A stretch of 64,000 bases of DNA, taken from the NCBI GenBank assembly GCA_017460625.1, contig JAFUAT010000003.1, forward strand, positions 222-64,221, given 5' to 3'. Both the position numbers and the translations under genes were made by a program. Shown one piece after another: positions 1 through 7,368 of this stretch; the first letter of the stretch is position 1; every line of letters starts with the position of its first letter. The DNA comes from Candidatus Saccharimonadota bacterium. GTDB taxonomy: Bacteria > Patescibacteriota > Saccharimonadia > Saccharimonadales > Saccharimonadaceae. Under the pieces are notes generated by a model, which saw only the letters and a list, made by a program, of their open reading frames with translations, was not told the DNA's origin and searched no databases.

Positions 1-129
1 CATGTACTACTACTCCGGTAGCTTATATTCCGGCAGCTACGACTATCGGGGCCTCGGGTACTCGGTACGGTGTATCCGTACTAGCTAGTAGGCATTTCTT
101 GCTTGCTCTGAGAGCTCCGGCTCTCTCCG
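1..129 (+). repeat. DGR variable repeat (VR) plus IMH region
   Basis: Aligns without gaps to the reverse complement of 2346-2474 with 12 mismatches: 11 at TR adenines and one G(TR)/A(VR). Confidence 0.95.
2..88 (+). CDS. 3' end of DGR target protein (C-type lectin-like, FISUMP/major-paralogous-domain style C-terminus), partial
   Basis: Frame 2 reads MYYYSGSLYSGSYDYRGLGYSVRCIRTS* (TAG 86-88, second TAG 89-91). The GxSVRC ending is typical of DGR CLec targets. Confidence 0.88.
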   Translation: MYYYSGSLYSGSYDYRGLGYSVRCIRTS

Positions 130-149
130 TTCCTCCACCCGAGCAAAAA

Positions 150-171
150 GCCGCGGCTCGTAAGCCGCGGC
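150..171. promoter_or_regulatory. GC-rich hairpin downstream of VR (DGR cis-acting stem-loop; could also be a minus-strand terminator)
   Basis: gccgcggct-cgta-agccgcggc, a 9-bp perfect stem flanked by A-runs, absent from the TR copy. Confidence 0.7.
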
Positions 172-202
172 GAAAAACCATTTAAATTTTGAAGATATTA
201 CT

Positions 203-1159
203 ATGACAGATAATGATAAAAATATACCAAAAAATCTAAGTAAGAGTGCTGTACGAGACGCAGTTAATGAAAAACGTATTTCGCGGGGGCGTGGTCGGAC
301 AGATGCTGAAAAGAAAGCAAACTATAGTGCTTATGAAAAACGAAAGAAACTTGTCTTTGAGATAGAGAAGAAGAATAAGCAGTATTTAGTACTGTTTCTT
401 GCGTCGGATGGGAAACTTGATGAGAATGGCCGTGGTGGTATTTTTGACGACAAGAACTACTATATTATGGGCGGCAATTCGGCAGTGGTGTATGTTTCTG
501 AAATTGGACCACGGATTGGTAGAACACCAGTACTTAAACCTGATACGGATAATTCTCAAGTTAAATTTAGGACTGGTCTTGCGGGTATCAAGGGGCTAAA
601 TAAGTTTACGGCAGCGCTTAAGGGTATTAATATCGAGCGTGTAGAAACAAAAAGTGGAGATGAGATAGCGTATTTCAAACTACCACAAGAGTTTACTAAG
701 GACGAAATTGATACAATGATGAAGCAACAGAAAGTAACACGCGACGAAGCTAATGCGTTAGTTTATTCTAGGGTACTTCATCCGAGTTTACATAAACCGA
801 TAATCGAATTAAGAACATTGTTGATTCATAAAATTAAGAATACGGTTCCTGAATACCGTGTAGCACTGGGAAACGAAATTGTTGGGTTGGTGTTGGAGCT
901 AAAGGACGAATATATTATGATGGTACGTGAAGCTATGAATGAGCGTGAGTTGCTTCTCAAAATGCAGATTACGGTGGATAAAATTTGCGATAGAATTGGG
1001 ATGATGATGGATTTGCAACTTTGGGATGTATTGTTTTGTATCAGGGCGGGAAGTCAAGCGGCGAGAATACAACGAGAGATTAGTGCATTGATTAATAAAT
1101 ATGATGCGACATTAAAAAAGAAAGAGAAAGAAAAGAATGAAGCTAACTGCAAAAAATGA
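203..1159 (+). CDS. avd: DGR accessory protein: C-terminal Avd-like four-helix bundle with an N-terminal MutS-domain-I-like region
   Basis: Lies between VR and RT. aa ~194-300 follow the Avd pattern (PEYRVALGNEI...LLLKMQITVDKI...LQLWD...IQREISALI); aa ~58-150 resemble MutS domain I (YLVLF..YYIMGGNSA..LAGIKGLNKFTAAL). Confidence 0.72.
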   Translation: MTDNDKNIPKNLSKSAVRDAVNEKRISRGRGRTDAEKKANYSAYEKRKKLVFEIEKKNKQYLVLFLASDGKLDENGRGGIFDDKNYYIMGGNSAVVYVSEIGPRIGRTPVLKPDTDNSQVKFRTGLAGIKGLNKFTAALKGINIERVETKSGDEIAYFKLPQEFTKDEIDTMMKQQKVTRDEANALVYSRVLHPSLHKPIIELRTLLIHKIKNTVPEYRVALGNEIVGLVLELKDEYIMMVREAMNERELLLKMQITVDKICDRIGMMMDLQLWDVLFCIRAGSQAARIQREISALINKYDATLKKKEKEKNEANCKK

Positions 1160-2303
1160 AGATAGTGATGATAAAAAATGGTTGGAGAATTATTGGCACA
1201 GGTTGATGTATGAGTTATACATCTCATATCTTTATGCTAGACGTGGTGGAAAGAGGGGGACCTTTGATGAGCATAAATTTGAAGTTTTTGATTTTATTCA
1301 TCTATATAGTTTGATGGAAGCCATTAAAGATAAAAAATATTATCCGTCGAGGGGGACGGCACATATTATTTTTAACCCGGTAATCAGAGAGATTTTTGCG
1401 GCGGCTTTTAGGGATAGGGTGGTGCATCACTGGATATATATGTTGATATATGATTGGTGGGATAAACAATTTATCTTTGATTCTTATTCCTGTAGAGAGG
1501 GGAAAGGGACTTCTCTTGGGGTGTTAAGGTTGCAAGAGCAGATTGTGGAAGCTCAAAAGGAGTATAATGAACGGGTGTGGGTAATAAAACTAGATATTAG
1601 GGGGTATTTTATGAGTATTAATCGACAACTTTTGTACAAGCGGGCGGTTTGGGGATTAAACCAGCAGTTCAAGGGCTGCTATGGAATAACATATGAGTTA
1701 GCGAAGTTTTGTTTACATGAAATAATATTTGATGATCCGGTGAAAGGGGCGAAGAAGAAAGGATGGCCACAGGACTGGCGGGAACTACCAAGGACGAAAA
1801 GTCTGATTTTTCAGTTACCAGGTATAGGGATAGTGATTGGAAACTTGACCTCGCAACTTCTTTCCAATATTTATTTGGATCAACTTGATAAGTATGTAAC
1901 ACGGTCGTTGGGATGGAAATACTACGGAAGGTATGTGGATGATTTTTATTTTATTGTGCCGGAAAGTATGAAAAAGAAAGCGATTGATGATATTGCTGCT
2001 ATCGAGAGATTTTTGAAGCGGTTAGGATTGACGCTTCATCCAGATAAAAGAAGTGTTCAGCCAGCGGAAAGGGGGACGGCGTTTCTTGGGGCGGTGATAT
2101 ATCCTACGGTAATTCATCCAGGCAAAAGACTGAAGAAAAACGCGAGAAAGGCGTTTCGTGATTTTGCGAATGGGGAGGGTTCCATTGAGACGGTGGTGTC
2201 TTATATTGGGCACATGAAATACATGAAACATCATAAGTTTTTGTCATCTTTATGTGAAGAAGTGGGTTTACCGAAAAGTTTTTGGATGCAATATGAAAAA
2301 TGA
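1137..2303 (+). CDS. DGR reverse transcriptase
   Basis: FRDRVVHH, SYSCREGKG, KLDIRGYFMSI, IGNLTSQLLSNIYLDQLD (DGR-type GxxxSQ), RYVDD, LHPDK; no maturase or endonuclease domain. Confidence 0.96.
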   Translation: MKLTAKNEDSDDKKWLENYWHRLMYELYISYLYARRGGKRGTFDEHKFEVFDFIHLYSLMEAIKDKKYYPSRGTAHIIFNPVIREIFAAAFRDRVVHHWIYMLIYDWWDKQFIFDSYSCREGKGTSLGVLRLQEQIVEAQKEYNERVWVIKLDIRGYFMSINRQLLYKRAVWGLNQQFKGCYGITYELAKFCLHEIIFDDPVKGAKKKGWPQDWRELPRTKSLIFQLPGIGIVIGNLTSQLLSNIYLDQLDKYVTRSLGWKYYGRYVDDFYFIVPESMKKKAIDDIAAIERFLKRLGLTLHPDKRSVQPAERGTAFLGAVIYPTVIHPGKRLKKNARKAFRDFANGEGSIETVVSYIGHMKYMKHHKFLSSLCEEVGLPKSFWMQYEK

Positions 2304-2304
2304 T

Positions 2305-2333
2305 AAAGGGTAGGTTTTGCCTACCCTTTCTTT
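2305..2333. terminator. Probable bidirectional intrinsic terminator between the RT mRNA and the antisense TR RNA
   Basis: aaagggtagg-ttttg-cctacccttt, a 10-bp stem with T-rich tails in both directions. Confidence 0.7.
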
Positions 2334-2345
2334 AAAGGTGGAATG

Positions 2346-2580
2346 CGGAGAGAGCCGGAGCTCTCAGAGCAAGCAAGAAATGCCTACTAGCTAGCACGGA
2401 TACACCGTACCGAGTTCCCGTTGTTCCGATTGTTGTTGTTGCCGGAATATAAGCTACCGGAGTTGTAGTTCATGTTGTAACGATTCGTACTATTGTTTGC
2501 GGTAGAAGACCACCAGTTCCCGTTCGAGCCGACATTGTTCGGCGAGCCATTGTTGTAGTTCCCACTATAGACGGGGGAGA
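2346..2580 (-). repeat. DGR template repeat (TR), inverted relative to VR and RT; its upstream boundary cannot be fixed in this window
   Basis: Minus strand reads PVYSGNYNNGSPNNVGSNGNWWSSTANNSTNRYNMNYNSGSLYSGNNNNRNNGNSVRCIRAS* with 20 AAC/AAT codons; 2346-2474 matches the VR. Confidence 0.94.
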
Positions 2581-2889
2581 AAGCAGAAACAAGCTTATTT
2601 CTACTTTAACGTGCTGGGAGGAAGCACAACTACGAAATTATGAGGCTATGAAACTGTAATGATAGCAGAATATAACTTGGACTACATACAAAACAGCTAA
2701 CAATCTACAACAGGCAAGGAACAACTTGCAGAATATCTGTAATTGCCATTTGTGAAATGGGTGTTCCTGACCTCCACCTTTTTTGCAGTTTTTTGGCAAG
2801 ATTGGCTATGCCAGTGTCTTCCTTGAAACTGGGGCTTTGCCCTATGATGTATATTATAAATCGGATTACTGGTTAGTTGGAGTGCGGAT

Positions 2890-2969
2890 TGACTAATTTA
2901 AAGTCTGGGCCTGACTTTTTTAAAGCTGAGAGCTGACTTTTTTAAAGTCTTGGCTTGACTAATTTAAAG
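2890..2969 (+). repeat. Four iteron-like direct repeats TGACT(AAT/TTT)TTAAAG with an exact 22-bp period
   Basis: Copies start at 2890, 2912, 2934 and 2956; each is partly palindromic (GACT..AGTC). Confidence 0.9.
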
Positions 2970-2983
2970 TGCTAGAGTATAAT
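2955..2983 (+). promoter_or_regulatory. Sigma70-type promoter of the ATPase gene
   Basis: TTGACT (2955-2960), 17 bp, TATAAT (2978-2983); ATG 7 nt further on. Confidence 0.8.
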
Positions 2984-2990
2984 ATGGGAT

Positions 2991-4202
2991 ATGTACAAGA
3001 GAGAAATAGAACAGAGAATTAGGCAAATTTCAGATACCTTTAAGGTGCTAGTGGTTACTGGGCCACGGCAGGTTGGCAAGACTACGTTGCTTGAATCAAT
3101 GATGCCAAAAAATATGACAAAAATTTCTTTGGACGATGAGACGCTTCGCACTGAAGCTAAAGAAAATCCGCAGTTCTTTTTGAATACCTATAAGGCCCCG
3201 CTTTTTATAGACGAAGTGCAATATGCGCCGGAGCTTTTACCTTATATCAAAATGCGAGTGGACGCATCTAATGAAAAAAGTCAATATTGGCTTTCGGGCT
3301 CGCAAGCTTTTAATTTGATGGAAGGGGTTAGTGAATCGCTTGCTGGAAGAGCTGGCATTGTAGAGATGAATAGTTTTACATATCGGGAGCTGTCGCGACT
3401 CTTGGACAAAACTGCGGTTTTTGATCCATCACAAATAAAAGAATCATCGCCGATTCTTACTGATGAAGTTTTTGAACGTATTTTTGTCGGTGGAATGCCT
3501 GAATTATATAATACCCCGGAAATATCGCGGAATGATTTCTTTGACTCGTATATAAATACATATATTCAGCGGGATGTACGCCAGGTTAAAAATGTAGGGA
3601 GTCTGGAAGATTTTCGTCGATTTATGAAGGACATTGCTCTTCGTAATGGTAAGCCACTCAATTATTCTGATATAGCCGCGGAGATTGGCGTTTCTTCTGT
3701 GACGATTAAAACCTGGGTTTCTATACTGATTACTTCAGGTATTATCGTTTTGCTGGAGCCTTTTTATACGAAGAAATTAAAACGTTTGACGCATATGCCG
3801 GAAATTATCTTTATGGATTCCGGATTGGCTTGTTTTCTTGCTGGTTTTGAAACGGTGTTTGGGCTACAATCTAGTGAATATGCCGGGAGTTTTCTTGAAG
3901 CTTATGTAATATCGGAGCTAGTTAAGGGATACCGGAATAATGGGTTACAAACGAATTTTACTTATATTCGGAATAAAGAGACTGAAGAAATAGATTTACT
4001 CATTGAAAGAGACCTTGTTTTGTATCCTTTTGAGATTAAAAAGACATCCAACCCTAAGCCTGAGATGTTGAAGAATTTTCAGATGCTTGATAATGTTGAT
4101 TCAAAGGTTGGTGTTGGCGGGTTGATTTGTCTTTATGACAAAATGATGCCGCTTGGTGAAAAGAAATTTGTAATACCTATTTCTAGTGTTATTGCTGGGT
4201 GA
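2991..4202 (+). CDS. AAA+ ATPase with DUF4143-type C-terminus (COG1373-like; wHTH plus PD-(D/E)xK-like tail)
   Basis: GPRQVGKTT Walker A, FIDEVQ Walker B, LSGSQ, SLAGR, FMDSGLA, EIDLLIE..PFEIK. Confidence 0.88.
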   Translation: MYKREIEQRIRQISDTFKVLVVTGPRQVGKTTLLESMMPKNMTKISLDDETLRTEAKENPQFFLNTYKAPLFIDEVQYAPELLPYIKMRVDASNEKSQYWLSGSQAFNLMEGVSESLAGRAGIVEMNSFTYRELSRLLDKTAVFDPSQIKESSPILTDEVFERIFVGGMPELYNTPEISRNDFFDSYINTYIQRDVRQVKNVGSLEDFRRFMKDIALRNGKPLNYSDIAAEIGVSSVTIKTWVSILITSGIIVLLEPFYTKKLKRLTHMPEIIFMDSGLACFLAGFETVFGLQSSEYAGSFLEAYVISELVKGYRNNGLQTNFTYIRNKETEEIDLLIERDLVLYPFEIKKTSNPKPEMLKNFQMLDNVDSKVGVGGLICLYDKMMPLGEKKFVIPISSVIAG

Positions 4203-4626
4203 GCTTGTGGCCGCGGCGGGCGCGACTTGCCCAAGTGTCGGCAAGTTCGTTTCCTTTTGTGCCGACGTGGCCGCGGGTCCAGATGAGCTTGGTGTCACTT
4301 CTATAATATAAGTCGTAGAGTTTTTGGACGATGTCGAGATTTTTGATGGGGCCGGATTTTTTGGTCCAATTGTTTCTTTTCCAGGAAGGGGCCCACTTGG
4401 TGACAACATTAATCCAGAATTCGGAATCGGTATGGATTTCACATTCTTCATCGCTTGCGTATTCGATGGCGTTTATCAAAGCGATGCCTTCCATGCGGAT
4501 GTTGGTGGAATCCTTTTCGCTACCGATGCGGACGGGTCTAAGATCGTCACCAATTTGTTCGATAACTGCCCAGCCACCTGGGCCAGGGTTTGGGTCGGCG
4601 CTACCATCTGTCCATAAAATCTTCAT
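4189..4626 (-). CDS. rnhA: Ribonuclease HI
   Basis: WTDGSADPNPGPGGW, TNIRME, TDSEF, KNLD, WTRGHVG..GNELAD. Confidence 0.95.
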   Translation of the reverse strand: MKILWTDGSADPNPGPGGWAVIEQIGDDLRPVRIGSEKDSTNIRMEGIALINAIEYASDEECEIHTDSEFWINVVTKWAPSWKRNNWTKKSGPIKNLDIVQKLYDLYYRSDTKLIWTRGHVGTKGNELADTWASRARRGHKLTQQ

Positions 4627-4673
4627 AATCTTATTGTAACATAAACTATGCCTATCTGTGGTATAATGGGATT

Positions 4674-5951
4674 ATGAAATTATCCGAGGAATTAATTTAT
4701 CGAGGCTTTAAGGCAGAGACTACCATTAAGGAGCCGACAGATTTAGATACAAGAGAGTCTAAAAAGTTCTACTGGGGGGCGGACCCTTCGGCGGACTCTT
4801 TGACGATTGGAAATTTGGCGGCACTGATGATGTGTGCATGTTTTGTTCGTCATGGGTATGAACCGGTACTTCTGGTTGGCGGTGCGACAGGGCAGATTGG
4901 TGATCCGAAGGAAAATGGAGAACGAGATTTAAAACCACTTGAAGAAGTAGAGCACAACAAAGAGTGTATCCGAGAGCAAGTTGAGAGAGTGATTAAAAAT
5001 GCTGTTACTTCGGACGGTCTCGAAACGGCATCGTCTAGTCACTCTAAAATTACAATGGTAGACAATCTAGATTGGTTTTCTAAGATTGGGTTTTTGGAAT
5101 TTTTGAGAGAAATTGGTAAGAATTTTTCGATGACGCAGCTGCTTGATAGACAATTCGTACAGAATCGGATTGGCGATGGTGGATCTGGGATTTCTTATGC
5201 TGAATTTTCTTATACTTTGATTCAGGGATACGACTTTTTACATCTTTACCAGGAACACGGAGTGAGTTTGCAACTTTGTGGGGCGGATCAGTATGGTAAC
5301 TGCACATCGGGAATACACTTAATCAAGAGACTTGAAAACGCGGATGCGGATGTTTGGAGTACGCCGCTAATTATTGATCCGGTGACGGGAAGGAAATTTG
5401 GCAAGTCGGAAGGAAATGCGGTATGGTTAGCTAGCTCGGATAATGGTTCGGGAAACTACACTTCGATTTTTGACTTTTACCAGTTTTGGCTAAATCAGCC
5501 GGATGAAAGCGCCCAGCACCTTTTGAAGATTTACACTTTGCTTGCCCCAGAAGAAATTGAGAGTATTTTAGAAAAACATCGGGAACATCCAGAAGAGCGA
5601 ATAGCACAAAAAGCTTTGGCGCGTGGTGCGACTCAGGTGGTACACGGAGCGGGAAATGCGGAAGCAATAGAAAATTTGTGTGGGACTTTGTTTAATCGAG
5701 AAACGGATTTTAGTGAGTTTTCGGAAGATGAACTGACGGAATTTGCAGCGTATTTGCCAGTGGTGGCTAAGGGGACGGCGATGGTTGATATTTTGGTTAA
5801 TTCTGGACTGGCTGAGTCAAAGAAAAAAGCAAGGGAGTTTATTTCTCAAGGTGCTGTATCTGTAAATGGAACAAAAGTGACGGAAGAAATCGCGATTAAT
5901 CAGACGGCCATTATTAAAAAAGGTAAAAATAAATTTGTAATTGTGAAATAA
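4674..5951 (+). CDS. tyrS: Tyrosine-tRNA ligase
   Basis: YWGADPSADSLTIGN, YTLIQGYDF, GADQYGN, KFGKSEG, C-terminal S4 domain. Confidence 0.96.
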   Translation: MKLSEELIYRGFKAETTIKEPTDLDTRESKKFYWGADPSADSLTIGNLAALMMCACFVRHGYEPVLLVGGATGQIGDPKENGERDLKPLEEVEHNKECIREQVERVIKNAVTSDGLETASSSHSKITMVDNLDWFSKIGFLEFLREIGKNFSMTQLLDRQFVQNRIGDGGSGISYAEFSYTLIQGYDFLHLYQEHGVSLQLCGADQYGNCTSGIHLIKRLENADADVWSTPLIIDPVTGRKFGKSEGNAVWLASSDNGSGNYTSIFDFYQFWLNQPDESAQHLLKIYTLLAPEEIESILEKHREHPEERIAQKALARGATQVVHGAGNAEAIENLCGTLFNRETDFSEFSEDELTEFAAYLPVVAKGTAMVDILVNSGLAESKKKAREFISQGAVSVNGTKVTEEIAINQTAIIKKGKNKFVIVK

Positions 5952-5952
5952 G

Positions 5953-7044
5953 ATGTATCTAGCGGTACTTGGGCGACAAAGTGAAATATCAATAGCGGAA
6001 CTGGATGCGCTTTTTCGTGAAGTCAAAAAAGTGACTTCACAGATTGCGGTGTTTGATGCGGATGATTTGCCGGACATTAGACGGCTTGGTGGGTCTTTGA
6101 AATTGGCAGAGAAAATTAGCGAGCCGGTGCTGGATTTTTTGGCGGGGTTGGCGGATGGAAAAATCACTTTTGGGATAAGTGATTATACGCATGGTGCGAC
6201 TTTTAAAACCGTCAACCTTGAAGCAATGAAATTAAAGAAGATTCTAACTCGGCATGGAAGGTCGGTAAGGATTGTGACGGGAAAAGGAGCGACACTTTCT
6301 ACGGCGACATCGCTTCATAATGGGTTGAGTGGAAAAAACCCGAAAAAAGTCGAGCTGATTAAACTGGATAATGATTGGTACAGAGTGATTGGTGTGCAGG
6401 ATATAGATGCCTATAGCCGGAGAGACCAAGCAAGACCATCTAGAGATGCAAAAGTTGGAATGTTGCCACCGAAATTGGCGCAGATCTTGATAAACTTATG
6501 TGGACCCTTGAAAAAGGGAGCTGCAGTGCTGGACCCGTTTTGTGGAACAGGGGTGGTTCTACAGGAAGCGATGCTAATGGGGTACCGTGCTTACGGGACT
6601 GATGTTAGTGAAAGGATGATAGAGTATAGTAAAAAGAATTTGGAATGGCTGAGTGATTCTAAAAGTACTTTTTTGCTATCGCAGGGTGATGCTACTTCTT
6701 TTCAATGGCAGGAATCAATAGATGCGGTGGCATGCGAAGGATATCTTGGCGTGCCGATGTCTAATCCGCCGACGGAAATGAAATTAAAAGAACAGAAACA
6801 GATTTGTACAGAAATAATACTAGGATTTTTGAAAAATTTAGGGGCTCAAATAAAATCTGGTACGCCCGTAGTAATTGCCGCTCCGGCTTGGCTTCAGACT
6901 AATGGAAAATATTCTAGATTACTTATTATTGACGAAATCTCAAATATGGGGTATAATGTAGATAATAGATCGCGCGAGGGGCTTCTTTATCATAGAGAAG
7001 GTCAGGTTGTTGCGAGAGATATAATAATATTAAGGAAAAAATAA
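5953..7044 (+). CDS. SAM-dependent RNA methyltransferase (Trm11/UPF0020-like)
   Basis: GMLPPKLAQILINL, VLDPFCGTGVVLQEA, GTDVS, QGDAT. Confidence 0.75.
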   Translation: MYLAVLGRQSEISIAELDALFREVKKVTSQIAVFDADDLPDIRRLGGSLKLAEKISEPVLDFLAGLADGKITFGISDYTHGATFKTVNLEAMKLKKILTRHGRSVRIVTGKGATLSTATSLHNGLSGKNPKKVELIKLDNDWYRVIGVQDIDAYSRRDQARPSRDAKVGMLPPKLAQILINLCGPLKKGAAVLDPFCGTGVVLQEAMLMGYRAYGTDVSERMIEYSKKNLEWLSDSKSTFLLSQGDATSFQWQESIDAVACEGYLGVPMSNPPTEMKLKEQKQICTEIILGFLKNLGAQIKSGTPVVIAAPAWLQTNGKYSRLLIIDEISNMGYNVDNRSREGLLYHREGQVVARDIIILRKK

Positions 7045-7045
7045 G

Positions 7046-7318
7046 ATGTCACATGTGAAAGCTGGCGGAACCGCCAAAAATATACATAACAATCCTGGTC
7101 AGCGTCTTGGCGTGAAGCGCTTTGGTGGTCAGAAAGTTAAAAACGGCGAAGTGATTGTACGTCAAACTGGCTCCACGAAGATTGCTGGTCCTGGTACTTA
7201 TATGTCACGTAATTTTACTATTCATGCTGCAAAGGATGGAGTAGTTACATTTGTAAAAACTAAGAAAAGCCATTTTTCTGGTAAATCATTGCCAAGAGTA
7301 CGCGTGGAAGTTAGATAA
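7046..7318 (+). CDS. rpmA: 50S ribosomal protein L27
   Basis: MSHVKAGG..N..GQRLGVKRFGGQ.V..GEVIVRQ.G. Confidence 0.96.
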   Translation: MSHVKAGGTAKNIHNNPGQRLGVKRFGGQKVKNGEVIVRQTGSTKIAGPGTYMSRNFTIHAAKDGVVTFVKTKKSHFSGKSLPRVRVEVR

Positions 7319-7326
7319 GTAAAACG

Positions 7327-7352
7327 ATAGCCCCGAAACGGGGCTATTTTTT
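7327..7352 (+). terminator. Intrinsic terminator after rpmA
   Basis: atagccccg-aaa-cggggctat followed by a T-run. Confidence 0.85.
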
Positions 7353-7368
7353 GTGGTATAATTTTGTT

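Larger units (their letters stand above)
2305..2846 (-). ncRNA. Candidate stand-alone DGR template RNA (~540 nt: structured 5' leader, TR, short 3' spacer)
   Basis: Minus-strand TATAAT at 2853-2858; no long ORF in 2590-2850; several hairpins (2714-2729, 2746-2760, 2805-2841); ends at the 2305-2329 hairpin. Confidence 0.5.
1..2860. mobile_element. Diversity-generating retroelement (target VR, accessory gene, RT, inverted TR); target gene truncated by the window edge
   Basis: The VR/TR pair differs almost only at TR adenines; DGR-type RT; Avd-like helical domain. Confidence 0.95.

Noticed and set aside
1137-2303. RT as a group II intron, retron or Abi RT
   Set aside because: No maturase X or endonuclease domain and no intron domain V seen; the GxxxSQ motif and the adjacent TR/VR pair define it as a DGR RT.
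2804-2845. Resemblance of the minus-strand GCAAAGCC...ATAGCC...TTGCC hairpin to a c-di-GMP-I riboswitch
   Set aside because: The GAAA tetraloop stem and receptor are missing; kept only as part of the putative DGR RNA leader.
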